Under the pieces are notes generated by a model that saw only the letters and a program-made list of their open reading frames with translations, was not told the DNA's origin and ran no database searches. Shown here piece after piece: positions 1 through 13,299 of a stretch of 64,000 nucleotides of DNA. The position numbers were made by a program, and so were the translations under genes. The stretch is from Glycera tridactyla. Its lineage: Eukaryota. The stretch lies in NCBI GenBank assembly GCA_965644265.1, contig OZ286460.1:19654001-19718000 (forward strand), given 5' to 3'. How positions within the stretch are numbered: the first letter of the stretch is position 1; every line of letters starts with the position of its first letter.

Positions 1-1334
1 TTAGGTCAACCAATCAGATTTGTGCAGCGCTGTCATGTGATCACATCCCCGAAGTGATCACATGATCACATCATGGTGGAAGCAGGTGCCCGCTTTACGC
101 GGGAAAATTTTGCACTTGGATCTGCGGCTCGTGATTTCGCTTTTGAGGAGCTTGGGAGTTGTGAAGACGGAATCCCACTCTTCATACATTCTCGGTCATG
201 CATTATTTTGATAAAGCTGTTTCGTATCTTGTATCTTTAATGGCAAGGCTAGGTTCACCTAGTTGTACTTCTTTTAAGGAGTTTGAAAAATACACCATGG
301 GCCAAATTTGCTCATCCTTTTCAACTGATCCATCATGTGAGACATGAATTGCATGGTAGATCTATACCCCCTTGTTTATTTTGATGCCTGAATTGAACTA
401 CTTGAGCAAGTGGAAAAAAATCCATATTGAAATTTGCTATGTTCTGCTTTATTCTTTCAACGAGAATACATGTGTACATGATATTACCCATCAACAATAT
501 TATCACATGCAATATTCAACACCTGATCCTTCAATGAAAATGTTACATCCATGTGATAATATGTCCCAATTGAAACACATCGAATTAAACATTGAAAAAT
601 TAACAAATTCTGTGACAGTTCAAGGAAGTGATCATGAGAATCTGCTTTATTTTTCTTGTTCTTCCTACAAAAATCTGTCACCTCCTATAAAGATTATGAA
701 ACTCATCCCTGGGTTTCCCACAACGTCCTGCTCAGCACTATTTCCGCACAACATCCGCTTCCCAATACCGCCAATTCAAAATGACGTAACATTATCCAGT
801 AGCCTATGATGACGTCATACGTATATTGGTCATGTGGATGACAAGGGAATGTTGATATTGCTAATTTACACGGAAATTGAATTCATTAAGCCTAGTCTTT
901 CGTGGGGCCAAGAATGCTGAGAGAATCAATTTCCATGGAGTATGCGGCTTATATTATACCATTACATGGGAACCGTCCACCGGGTGGTGTTGGTTGGTTA
1001 ATCGGTTGGCGTCTCACGGCATGTTTGCCTCATCTTTCTGATCTATGAAATTTGTATACTCCGTCCCCTGCAGGTACCGTTATCACCAACCCCAAACGCA
1101 AGATGGGGGGGGGGGGGGCAGAGGGATTATCAACTGGAAGCAGCTGGCAGATCAGACACACCTCTACGCGGCTCACATACATCTGAATGAACCCACCCAT
1201 ATGACATGTAAATGACTGCACTGGCACTCAAGCTATAGCAATGTTTTCACTTTGAAGCAAAGTGCAATGACTTGGGGTGTGATGAGGCAGTCAAGCTATA
1301 GCTGAGCCATGATCCCCAGAGCGCATTCCAATTA

Positions 1335-1510
1335 CAGTCGAACCTCTCTATAAAGACCGCCTTCGGTCGCATAAAAAAGTGGTCTTTAGAGGGAGGTGGT
1401 CTTTAGAGGGAGGTCATTTACTATTGAAAGTACTACCACGGTCGCAGCTCAGAGTGGTCTTTATAGGGAGGTGGTCTTTATAGAGGTGGTCTTTAGAGGA
1501 GGTTTGACTG
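1335..1510. mobile_element. TA-flanked MITE (Tc1/mariner/pogo-like non-autonomous element); member of a dispersed family
   Basis: TA-CAGTCGAACCTC...GAGGTTTGACTG-TA with internal GTGGTCTTTA repeats. Related copies at about 7415-7574, 9968-10102, 11803-11967, 12531-12682, 16258-16428, 18494-18654, 21564-21740, 39410-39550, 43330-43473, 45340-45646. Confidence 0.85.
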
Positions 1511-1759
1511 TACACAGGTATGTTATTGGCTTACAACCCTAAACCCTGAAAACTTCACCGCAGGCGCTTTACACCAAGATTTTGTGAACACAAAAATCCC
1601 AAAACTGCTAACTGGTGGCTACTCTAACTCCATATGAACTCTGAGCTCTATCTCCACTCATGCTGGTCCGATTTGCATGATCTAAAATCCCAAACCCCGA
1701 AAATCTTCGGGATAATCACATCCCTGAATTAGGCCTACATCTATCCCGAAGATTGGTTT

Positions 1760-4103
1760 GGAACAGTTGGTTGGATGGTTGGGTCCTGTCGGCACGTATC
1801 CACGCTCTGCACCCTGGAGTGGTTGTTTAACGTCTAATGAGCACCATATGGGCTATACTGAGACGCCCATGTCATACATGCGTTGGACAAACAAAAGCCC
1901 CTCCGCCTGGGCCCTAAAAGAAGTCGAAAGGTTAGGAAATTCACGGAAAGCATCATTCACACAGACCTTGGATATACGGTGGTTTGGTTTGGTTTCGCTC
2001 AGGTTTAACAGCATGTATCAATCCAGAAGATTATGTACACCGTGTGTTCCTGGTTACAACGGAAGCTAGATGCTCCGTCCCCTACAGCCATCACTCACAC
2101 AACTCCTGAACACAAGATGAAAGGGACCCGAATGGTTGTCAAGTGGGAGTAACAGGCAGTTCAGACACATCTCTACCAATCCAACCCCCGAGGACCAATA
2201 ATGTGAGAATCAAACCATTTTAATACAATGATAAACAACAAAGATCTGCAAACATTAACAGTGCATTTTATTTCTCACCAGTTTGTGGTTTACAATGCAA
2301 GATGACATACAAACATGTTTACAGAGTCCGAGAGACAACACGTAGGGGGGGGGGGGGGGTCATCAACAAAGCTGGCACCAAAATCTAACGTAACCCCTGT
2401 AGAAATCTCAGGAGTATTTCAGGAGTTCAAGGGAGACTCATTTACCACGCGTCTATGCAAACCACATGACGTCATTCTGGCGACTCCATGGCATCGAAAT
2501 GACGTCATAGCGTCGTAGTGATGTCAAGGAGGTTTCAAGTTGACGTTCTGCTCCAAACACATCTATATAATCTATCTTAAGTGAAACGTGATTTGTGGCT
2601 TCGACGGTACACCTATCATCACTGCAGATTCCTTTATTTGTCTGTTTTGGCACAGAGTGAATACGAACAGAGTTCCTGCCTAGTCTGTGATTTTTGGTGA
2701 TTTGTTCATATTATGTCCCGAAAGCACCATCTTGGCTATATTGAGACGCCAATAAAACGGACATACGTAGGCTCATTCAAGACCCTTCCTTCTAGGCCTC
2801 AAATAGGAACTGGAATTTAAGTTTGTCAAATTCACAGACACTCAAGGTGCCATCTCCGAGTGGTACGGCGGGAGTTGTTCAGGGAGGTACAAAGGAAGAT
2901 GTGCACAGAACCAGCAGTTTGTATGGGCACCAAATTGAAGCTTGTGCAAGGTAAATATCCCTGTAGCCTATATAACTACGTGGGTATCAAAATATGGAAA
3001 CTTGAATCATATTAATTAAATTGGCTAGCAAAGAGGAGACCATTCTGTATTTGAAACGCGTGTCAAGGCTTTTGGCGTGGTGGTGGTGGTGGTGATATTG
3101 GTGGTAGTGGTGGCGATGGTGTGGCAGTATCGGTAGTGTAGTGGGGTCAGTGACGAAGTAGGTGCTGTTTGGTTGTTTGTTTGTTTGTTTATTCGTTTGT
3201 TTGAGGTCTAATTACATGTATCAATCTAGAAGATTATGTATGCCATTTGTTCCTGGTCAATGAAATTTAGATGTTCTCTCCCCTGTAGACACCACCCTCA
3301 CAAACCCTGAACATAAGATGATGGGGAACCTGAAACGTTGTTGATAGTGATGGTATGGCAGCAGTGACCATCATATTGTAGCAGGGGGGTAGGGGTTTGC
3401 TTGCAGCTAAGTGGTGGTGATGTTTGTTTGATTGGCTGTTTTTGACGTTCCATTAGCACCATCTGGAATATATTGCGACGCCCATGCAATTGACATGAGT
3501 GAGAGATCATTCAAGACTCTTCCATCTGGGTCCAGGATGGGGGGGGGGGGCATTCATGAAATTCACAGACACCCAAGGAGTAATTTCTGACAAGATGGTG
3601 ATGATGATAAAGATGAGCTATCGCACTTTAACGTCATATGACATATTTGTTGACTGAAGGTCACATGATCTCGTACGTATAGATTATCTTATCATAAACA
3701 TATATAATATCCTGGCGCAGTCGTCCTCAGCTGGACGTCCTCAGCTCCATAATGCGCCATCTGCTGGATGAACCAAGAACCTACAGTTCCTGACCGCATC
3801 CATATGTGATTATTGCGCAATATGTGAGTGCACAATGCAATCTCACAGGCGCCAATTGCTGAATTATCTCTTCACAAAGGTGAAAATGCCTGCCATTAGA
3901 TACAACTTGATGGCACCAGAAGACGTTCTATATGTGACATGTAATTACAGTTTCTATACGACTTGCAGCTCCATCTTCTGAGCCATCCAGAATCACTTTT
4001 GTGGTTGACTTCTGTTTCAATCACGATTTCTGAGGTGAGCCACGTGGTGTGTGCAGCTCACCGGTGAGGCGCAATATATGAATGGTTTGGAAGTGCTGAG
4101 AGC

Positions 4104-4163
<60 letters not shown>

Positions 4164-4910
4164 GTACCCCCCCCCCCACACACACACACTTTACTTGCGA
4201 CTGATGTCTGAAAGTAGGCCCATCATTGAGTTAACAAGATTGTGATGGGGTGGGAGAGTGAAATTGGCTGGGTGGATGCTGCTCAATACACATCTGCATC
4301 TCAATGCTTCGCCAATAACAAGTTCATTGAATTGATATGGCTAAGTTTCTAATGTGATCATCTCACTGTCCCAAATGAGGGTGAAAGGATGGGCCCAACA
4401 CTGCTGTTCCCAGCCCATAAAAGCCGAGAGGAGCACAAAAGCCACAGCCCCAGTCCTGCAAAGTTTATTGACTTAGTCAGTGGATAAATAGGTACTATCA
4501 CTCTAGTTGGTATCTTGAATGTTAGGATATGGTACCTGGGGGATTCCACATGAAATTTTGAAACCCTGACTGCTCAATATGTCAATGTAACATACAATGA
4601 ACATAGTTCCCACTTGTCTAATTTCGTAGGTGAAGCTATTACAGGATGGAATCATATTCAGAGTACATCTTTTTATGGCCAATGCATCATTGCAAATTTT
4701 CTGAGGTAGAGATTAACCATCAGATAGGTTGTTAGGTGGGAGTAGCAGTCAGTTCAAAGATACCTCTACCCACATCTCCATCCACCATAAGCAGTCTCAC
4801 GAGAATGTGATCATTTCTTATATTTCAAAAACTCGAATTTGTTTGAGGTTTAACGGCATGTATCAACGCTAGGGTTATGTATGCTGTGTGTTCCTGATTA
4901 ATGAAAGCTT
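1760..4910 (-). repeat. Cluster of diverged SINE/LINE-tail-like fragments
   Basis: Segment GGTTTAAC..CATGTATCAA..GATTATGTA..GTTCCTG at ~1981-2130, 3166-3332, 4838-4908 (also ~24240-24300), preceded by GTTT-rich tails; second segment GAGACGCC...AAATTCAC at ~1822-1960, 2701-2850, 3420-3585. Confidence 0.55.
4106..4160. repeat. (GA)n microsatellite
   Basis: Direct reading; other microsatellites: (TG)n ~37354-37398, (CA)n ~46745-46790, (ATT)n ~47351-47374, (AT)n ~57582-57610. Confidence 0.97.
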
Positions 4911-7900
4911 AAAAACTAGAATTTTATTTCTAGTGAATGCATAAAGTTGTGGAGAGTGATTCAAAATGACAATGAGAAGAAAGATCACTTGAATCGAATC
5001 ACAACTTTGCCGCAATATTGCTGGAAGATGAGGTGATGGGACATATTGTTGGTATATCTTACGGTGCATATTCATAAGGTGTAAACATATCTTTGAATTA
5101 TACATATTACAAAACCCATAATGGCAGATTGAATTCACCATGTCACATGGGCCAATGCATCCATTTTCATATATTATTGCAATTTTATCTGAAGACAATG
5201 GGTCGTTCCTATATTTCATGCTATAGTCCCTTCACTCTGAGAAAACCTAAGATGAGATTGGATCAACGAAGGGGATACTGGTTTGTTTGCATACAGAATA
5301 CAATGAACAGGAGAATCCTGAATACATGAAATTGGTCATTAATTATATACACCATTCATAGTTTCACAGGTGCAAAATACCATCAAATTTCTATTTAAAA
5401 AACACAACAATAACAATAACCCATATCCGGGATCACAGGAATATGTGCAAGAACGCGACAACAGAAGACAGAACTAGTTTCCATGCTGTGACTGGGTTCT
5501 CTGCTTATAGGCATCATGATCAGGAATTATCTTTTGTCAAAATCCATCTGCAACAATTACAGGAACATGAGCAATTAATCACAATTTCTTGTGACTCAGC
5601 TAACTCACCTTTTGCCAAAGAATGAATTGGCTGTGTTACAAAAAGCTGCAATGAATTGAACTACTAACCAGAATTATCCCTTTGGTCATAGATCAGACAC
5701 ACCTGGATATACATTTTAAGTGTACTGACTTTCAAGAGATACCCTTAGTAATTCTTAGGATCTCCTTCAACAAACACCAACCATGCCTATACTTGAGGAA
5801 AAAAACTCTGGAAATATGCCTCAAAAATATATAACTCACGATTTTCAGATCAGAATACTTGATGTTAGGTTTGGTTATTGTTTTCTGTTTATGACCACCA
5901 CATGTGCTATAACGCAATGATATCATCCTTGGATCTTCCACCTCAATCTGTTAACAAAGGTGAAGTTGAATGAAACAAATACAACTTTCTTTTAAGAACT
6001 GCTTCATGTGATGCACATAACGGAATAGAGACCAATTCACTTCCAAAGATGCAAAAGAACCATCAAAAGGACCAACAGCGCGAGATTCATTACTGACATC
6101 AGTTCGCCATTAATGGCTTGCCTAACTTCTATTTTTGTTCTGTTATTGCTGACTACATTCCAAAGCTAAACACAGAAGCAGAGATGCACCAAGACATACA
6201 TTGACTGTGAAACAACAATAGATAAGCCAACCGAAGACAACTCTTATACGCTTATAAAAATACCATCAATTGTTGTAGGAGTATTCTAACTTACAAAACA
6301 TGCATATTCCGTCAATATAACTTTTGACAATATATCCTTGTCTGGCAAAGAGCATATATTCCACAGCTGGTCAGGTTTTATACACTGATCTACAAAATAG
6401 GGCATGTTCTTTATCCAGCCATGCAATCACAAATGCAGAGGAATGGCCAGAATCATTCGAAACCATAACATTATTTCGGATGTCATAACCTACACATCCA
6501 ATAATGGTGTCCCAACTAAATTGCTAAACTCAATACAGATCTCACTGTCAATCCTTCAACCAAATATATCAGTCATGGTCACAGCAATAACACAAGTTAG
6601 ACAGTGGCCTCTTTTGTGAGATTGAACACTAGAAAATACTATTGTGGTCACCACTGAGGGTAGCCTCTGTATGCAGATGGCCTTAATATAGAGGTTGCCT
6701 CTCAAGCAGCTTTGCCTGTATAAATGTATAAACTCTGCCGAATCCCAATGTGGTGGGTATGTTTCACATGCTAATTTTGCCATTTTTTGGTCAGATTTGA
6801 ATTTTAATGCATTTCATTGCATTATCACAGTGAAATTGCTGCCATCATCGGCTGGTCTTACCAATGTGAAACAATGGAGATACGGCCGCCGCGCTTGCCG
6901 TGAAACCAGTGTGAAATCAACATATTTGGCACGCAGAGGTGAAAATACAATTAAACTTCCTCTTGACCGCAGTTCTAGTAGCCGGAGATGTAGACATAGT
7001 CTGTCAGCAAGTTTCATGTCAATCCGATCCAAATTTATTATGCGAAGGCAAAAAACGCAACCACCATGATAGGACCTGACAGACTATTGTTGGTATGATG
7101 CAGCCGCCTCGGCCCTTGGTAGGGCTATACCAAATGTCCGCTGTGTATTGTTAATGTCACATGTATACCCCCTGTCCATCTACCTGTCCCTGCAGCCAGA
7201 CAGAACTGACAGTTCGGCACTCATTATTATCCTAACAAAAACCATAAAATCTAGGAGATAATACCCATGTGACATTGTAAACAATATTGCATAGTTTTTT
7301 CATATCCCATGGATGACATTTTTGAGGTATAAAGGTGTACTGATTGATTTGCCAGCAGAAATATCTCTGGGTATATCCTTCAATACAGACTAAGAGAGAA
7401 GGACGTATGGTTTTCAAGTCACCCCCTGACAAGAGACCACCTCCAATGGGAGACCGCTTTTTCAGGGCAGTATTCTTATTTGACATAGTCAAATATACCT
7501 TCCATGAGACCACCTCTTTTGAGAGACAGCTTTTTGGTGACATTTAGTGCGGTCTCTCGTCGCAGGTTTCACTGTACATTACACCATGGATACTGCAATG
7601 AGATAACTACGGATGGGATATGCAGTTGAATATCCCGCAGATTGAAAATATGTCAAAGACATTAACTTGAAAAATGTGTATTTGTAGCATGAAATCATGG
7701 CTGCAACATTTTGGTAAGAACAGAATAAACTCGTCTCTCTTTGCGAAATTGGCATGGAATTTCCCGGAGCCGAGGGCCTCAAAGAATACCATGGTGGTTA
7801 CATCTCATGAGATATCGTGCTTTCTTTTAAATTATCATAAGTTCTTATGACGGGGCACCATTAATAAAAATCAGTGCACACATTACTTTTGAAAGTAACT

Positions 7901-10900
7901 TTGGTATATTCATATTTTGTATATTGTATGGGAGTGAAAAACATGAGTGTAATAAAAGACTATGAGTATGTACGTTTTACATATATGCATGATACACAGT
8001 AGTGTTCAGTATATACAAGCACAATATTATATGCATAAATATTACATAATATACATCCAACGATGGGCCGACAATAGCCGCAACCACCTTCATGCATCTC
8101 TGAGAATTAATGTATAACCAGATCCTGTATCCTATATAACCATAAATAGACAGGTTTTGGGCTGAATTCAAACATTTTCACAGACACTCTGGTACCCACT
8201 TATACAAAAGTAATCTTTACATATACAATGGTAAACCCAACATCACTAAGTTGAAATCGAAACACAAAGGAAAAAAATATCACAGGTATGCAACCTAACA
8301 ACACTATGAACATATGTACTGCATGGACAATCTAACTACTCTTAACTTTGGTCTATCAAAATACAGTTCTACACGCCTCAATTGCTGACATATACCTTGA
8401 GACATCAAGAAGATGTAGCAGTTGGTAGAACTCTTGCTTATGAAAATGTACATAAATCATGGATTCAATCTGCAGGCTGTTGAGTTGCAGATAAACGTCA
8501 CCAATGTTTTGTATGAGAAACGGGGTTCCCGTTCTTTTTTCGACACTCTCAAGATGAAGAATATTTAGTTGCCGATTTGCCAAACATTTTCTCTGTTTGC
8601 CAAAAATGAACAGACTTCTGATCAGCATATCTGAGAACATCTTTCATCTAATTGTGTGGAATATGATCAATAAGTGTACTACAATATCACAATTTAATAA
8701 TTTTGTATACCCGGTAGTGAACAACATGTCGAGATCAGTGTATGATTTCTTGGATACAGTGCATAAATGCTAAGGAGTAACTGCTCTTCCTGGTATACGT
8801 TGTTGATTATATAGAAATGCAGAATGTTTGCACATTTGTCGGCAACTTTAGAATTGTAATGGAGGTTAGTCTAATTGTGATAAAGAAAGAAAGCTATCTG
8901 TGTGCAAGCAGGTTTATCTCACATCACTCACAGATTTGCTGCTGGTTACTGCTCCCAATTTCCATGCACAGTAAACTTTTATGTGACTCTATTCATCATA
9001 TTATGCCATGGAATTATGATACTGATATCATATTCGACGATCTCTCCAATATTTACTGAATTCTGAATCTGCCCTAATTAAGAAAAAATGTTATATCACC
9101 CATGCAGTACCTGCTGACCACACCACACTCAGAAAAGACCAGCTTTTATACATCAAAGCACTAAACGCTAAGTAGAGAATCCATGATACATCCCTTTTAA
9201 CATACACTACAAAACGTCAGCTAGCAAAATTGTCCATTGACATTGTGGCAATGGAATCTACAATTTCATTGTCATTTGTTTCATACATGAATCACAGTAA
9301 TGGGGGGTGAACATAGACTCTGAGACATTCTCAGCTATACAGTTCATTAATACATGATACAACTATCTTATAGAATTCAAATTTTCGGTCTGTGCTTTAT
9401 ATTGGCCGCATGTTTACTATTACAAGAATTCAGAAAGATCATCTGTGATGTGATTTCAAAGGTAGAAGTACACGTCACAGTGTAGTTTTGAAAGTCGTGG
9501 CTTTGAGAAATCATCCGACTCCTTCCCTCGGCGAATGGCTACTGCGCTGGTGCAATCGTCGTGTCACATGATCTTAGGATCGCAGGTTGATCATGTGACA
9601 GATGTTGTAGCTCCCGATATATCGGCGGGAGGGTGTGTTTTTGGTCAATATATTACAATGTTATGCAAGTAAGTGCAGCAATACATCGATATCAACTTGA
9701 AATATTTACCTAAATGAAATTGCATTCTCGGTGCCTGTATTCAATCTGAAAGCACATATTTTCCCTCATTTTGTGATCTCTTAAATACTGAATCAAAACC
9801 ACTAGTGAGTAATCAACTGTATTTGGCTGAAGGTTTTACAGTATATAACAATTTTTAGAATGTAATTTTCAAAGTAACTTTTTATTGTTTCATAAGCTTT
9901 TGGGTCGGAAGTACAATTGGTTTGTTGGAGTGAAACATTTTGAACTAGTAACTGACAAATACATGTTCAGTCAAACCTGTCTACAAAGACCACCATTGGT
10001 TGCATCTTGCCTTTGTGGAGAGGTCCTTTACTGTAGAAAATATCATGGTCACAGCTCATTGTGGCCTTTGTATAGGGTTTGTCTCTCAAGCAGGTTCAAC
10101 TGTACACCTATCTGAGTGCTTCCTGTGACCCATGAATGTGTATGATTAAATTAAATGCATATACCCCTGTTTGTACATTCAAAATATTGAGAAATATCTT
10201 ATTTACATGCATTCTTCATTTCCTCATAAATGACTAGATTTCTCCAGCTATATACTGTATAAGAACTGACACATGTATAGGTTTTGCAAAGAGGCGTATG
10301 GGGAGTGTAAATAAATGAAAATGTAAATTTAGAAGTTTACAGTCTGGTATCATAACAATTTCACCCGACTTTTGAATTACATCCCTTGGCAGACTAGTTC
10401 AAGCTTGAGCCTTTCCCATCTCCCCAGGGAGTACACATATCCCAGAATGCAGTTTCCTGTGTGGGGATAAACGCTCTAAAATTGCTTTCACCGCCTATAG
10501 CCAAGTACCCATTCACACCCGGGTCGAGAAGGGTTTCACTCAGTTACCTCTACACAGACGTGTCACCTGTGTAAGAAATGCAGATCGTATAGATCTGTGT
10601 AATGGTGTGGTCCAGTATTGAATGGTAGACCTTGTTAAACGTGGTCACCCATTCAAGCAGGAACCCTCGTCACCATTGCATAACAATGCTGTACATTGAC
10701 GAAATGGACCTAACTCGCTCCTATAAATACAATAAATGGTTTGGAGGATACCACAACCACATTTGGCGATGCTAAAAAATGTGCCATCCACCAAATGTAG
10801 TTGGGTTGGAATCACAAACACATATGAAATGCACAATCAGGGAACATCGAGGGGCTTCAGTAGGAGGCTAATATACAACACAGGTTCATCATAGTCATCG

Positions 10901-13299
10901 TGGTATGTATCCGTCAAGTTATGATAAATTATGTTAATGTATGCAAAATATGTGAGATGGTGATTCCATATCCTGAACATCGGAGTGGAATCACTGCTCA
11001 GTTGTGGAAAATAAATGCAATTCACAGTCCTTACTGGTAAATTGAGTGAGAAACTAGTTCATTTGAGGTGATATCCAAGGTGATGTTTTCACTGATGCAA
11101 ATTGAAACTTTTGGCGCAACAATGTAGCCTCTCTGGTCGGCGTTACTTCCAGAATGTGATGACCTTGCCTCCGTGTCATCTTGGTAAATCAACCGTTATT
11201 TCGCCTGACCTGCTCCGAGGATTCGAGATGCCAATTGCCAGTCAAGCATCACCGACGTCTAAACAGTATTGGGCACCACCACACGGAATGTACTTTAGTT
11301 CTCTGTCTCTCTGAAAGATCGTAAAGAAAAGTAAACCATCATTAATTATCTGACATGTGAATAGTGACACACAATGTACACAATCTGTCCACTCTGAATA
11401 AAATCCTCAACCTTTTTGTAGTTTATTCTATTCTATTCTATTCTAGTAGAAGGTAGGATCTCTTCGAGATACTTTCAAGAATCATCTGTCTCCATTTGGC
11501 TACTGCAACTGAGCTCCAATGGCACTGACATTTGCCCCAAAGGGAACAGATGATACTGATTTCCTTCAAATTGGTTCGTCCAGAACATTAAAAATCAAAC
11601 TTTTCCTGATGATATTCACTCATAAACCAGCAGTGACTTGTCAGAACTGCCACCAGGGGTCACACACAAGCTTCTGGAAAACTGAAAATTTTCTTTTCTC
11701 CATAGTCACAGACCTCTGACAACAGACCCCCCTATTTTGATAGAGTGTTTTTGGGAGACATTTGGGACAGTGTTTCATCACACAATCAACTCTGATCTTA
11801 TACAGTGGAGCATGCGACCACCCTAAATGTCACCAAAAAGCGGTCTCAAAAGAAGTGGTCTTTCATCAAAGGTGTATTTGACTATGTTGAATAAAGAAGC
11901 TACTCTGGAAAATGGTCTCCCATCAGAGGTGGTCTCTAGTCAGGGGTCTCTTGTCACAGGTTTCACTATACCATGGACTGTACAGTGATGGGGTTTAAGC
12001 TTGTGCTACACAGCTGTATGCTCATAGAGCCAGCCGCAGGAAGGTGAAAACAAGACCAAGGCATCAGGTTTCGGACCACAGTCTGGGATCATCTACTAGT
12101 CCATAATCCAATATTCGGTGAAACTGTGTTTCATGATACACCATTGAAATGTACAAATTACATTTTGAGAAATCATCTGATTTCTTGTGGATTTGAACAT
12201 CCAGCATGGCACCAACCGCCTAGCCTGTGAAGGCGCTCGCATTTTTTATTCTGCCCCAACCCCCCCCCCCCCCCCTCCCCAACATCCCCTCATCACATTG
12301 CCTCACATAAGACATCTTGAGTGTCGGTGAATTTCATGAATATTTTTACACATACTTTCGTGAAATGGACCCTTATGCCATGAGCAGCACCTATTTTGCT
12401 TGTGTGCCCCCTCCCCCTTTCCCTGTTGGATCCCTGTACAGATTCAGTTTGGGCGGCATGAATATCCCTTCCCAATTCCAAACAACACACCAACCAACAA
12501 AATATGCCCCCCCCCCCCCCCACACACATACAGTGGACAATGGATCACCTCTGACAGGAGACGACTTTCTCAGGGCAGCTTCCCTATGACATATTCAAAT
12601 ATACCTCTGACGAGGGACTACCTGTTTGGAGAGACCATTTTTTGGTGACATTGAGGGTGGTCTCTCAGCACAGGTTTCACTGTACATGGAGATACACACC
12701 CACGCACCATGGTATATGGCCATGCATACACACACCCACAGACACAAACACACAAGCAATTGGCCAAGGGAACAGGGCGATGCATGTCAAATCTCATTAA
12801 TTTTTTTGAATGAAGACAAAGTGAATAATGATAACAGACTCTTGATGGTTGGAAGATGAATTAGAGAATGATTGATTGATTGATTGTTCCATTGTTGTTT
12901 AAAATTCTTTCATTACCAAACAGGTAGTTTTGGACTGACAGATACTATAGATGATAAATTCAGGACTGATAAAGCTGTACAGGCCTCTATCCATACTGGA
13001 ACATGCATATAATTTTGTCCTCCAATCTAAAAACTTATCATAATGCAACTCAAAATGTAACCAACACAAAACAAACAGATAAAGTGATACTGGAGAAAAG
13101 ATGCAGGCCAGTGGCTTTATTTGACAAGAAAGACAGCAATGAAAGAAAACTTTGAGGGAAAATTCAACAATCAAAGCAGTCTCTTCCTAATACTCATCAG
13201 TCAATCATTAGCAAATGATTGATTAGATAATAGTATAGAAAAGATGTATCGGTATCTGCAGGAATGGAATTCATACTGAGAAAAACAACCATAGTTTGA

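Noticed and set aside
372-809. 145-aa plus-strand ORF
   Set aside because: TTG start, AT-rich codons, no domain; consistent with chance.
4051-4245. ERERER-containing ORF (and CVCVCV ORFs at 37210-37577)
   Set aside because: Translations of microsatellites.
8356-8640. 94-aa minus-strand ORF
   Set aside because: No recognisable homology, splice context or partner exons.
10645-11025. Two abutting minus-strand ORFs split by a single TGA (selenoprotein or readthrough idea)
   Set aside because: No recognisable domain, no SECIS-like element noticed, composition typical of non-coding DNA.
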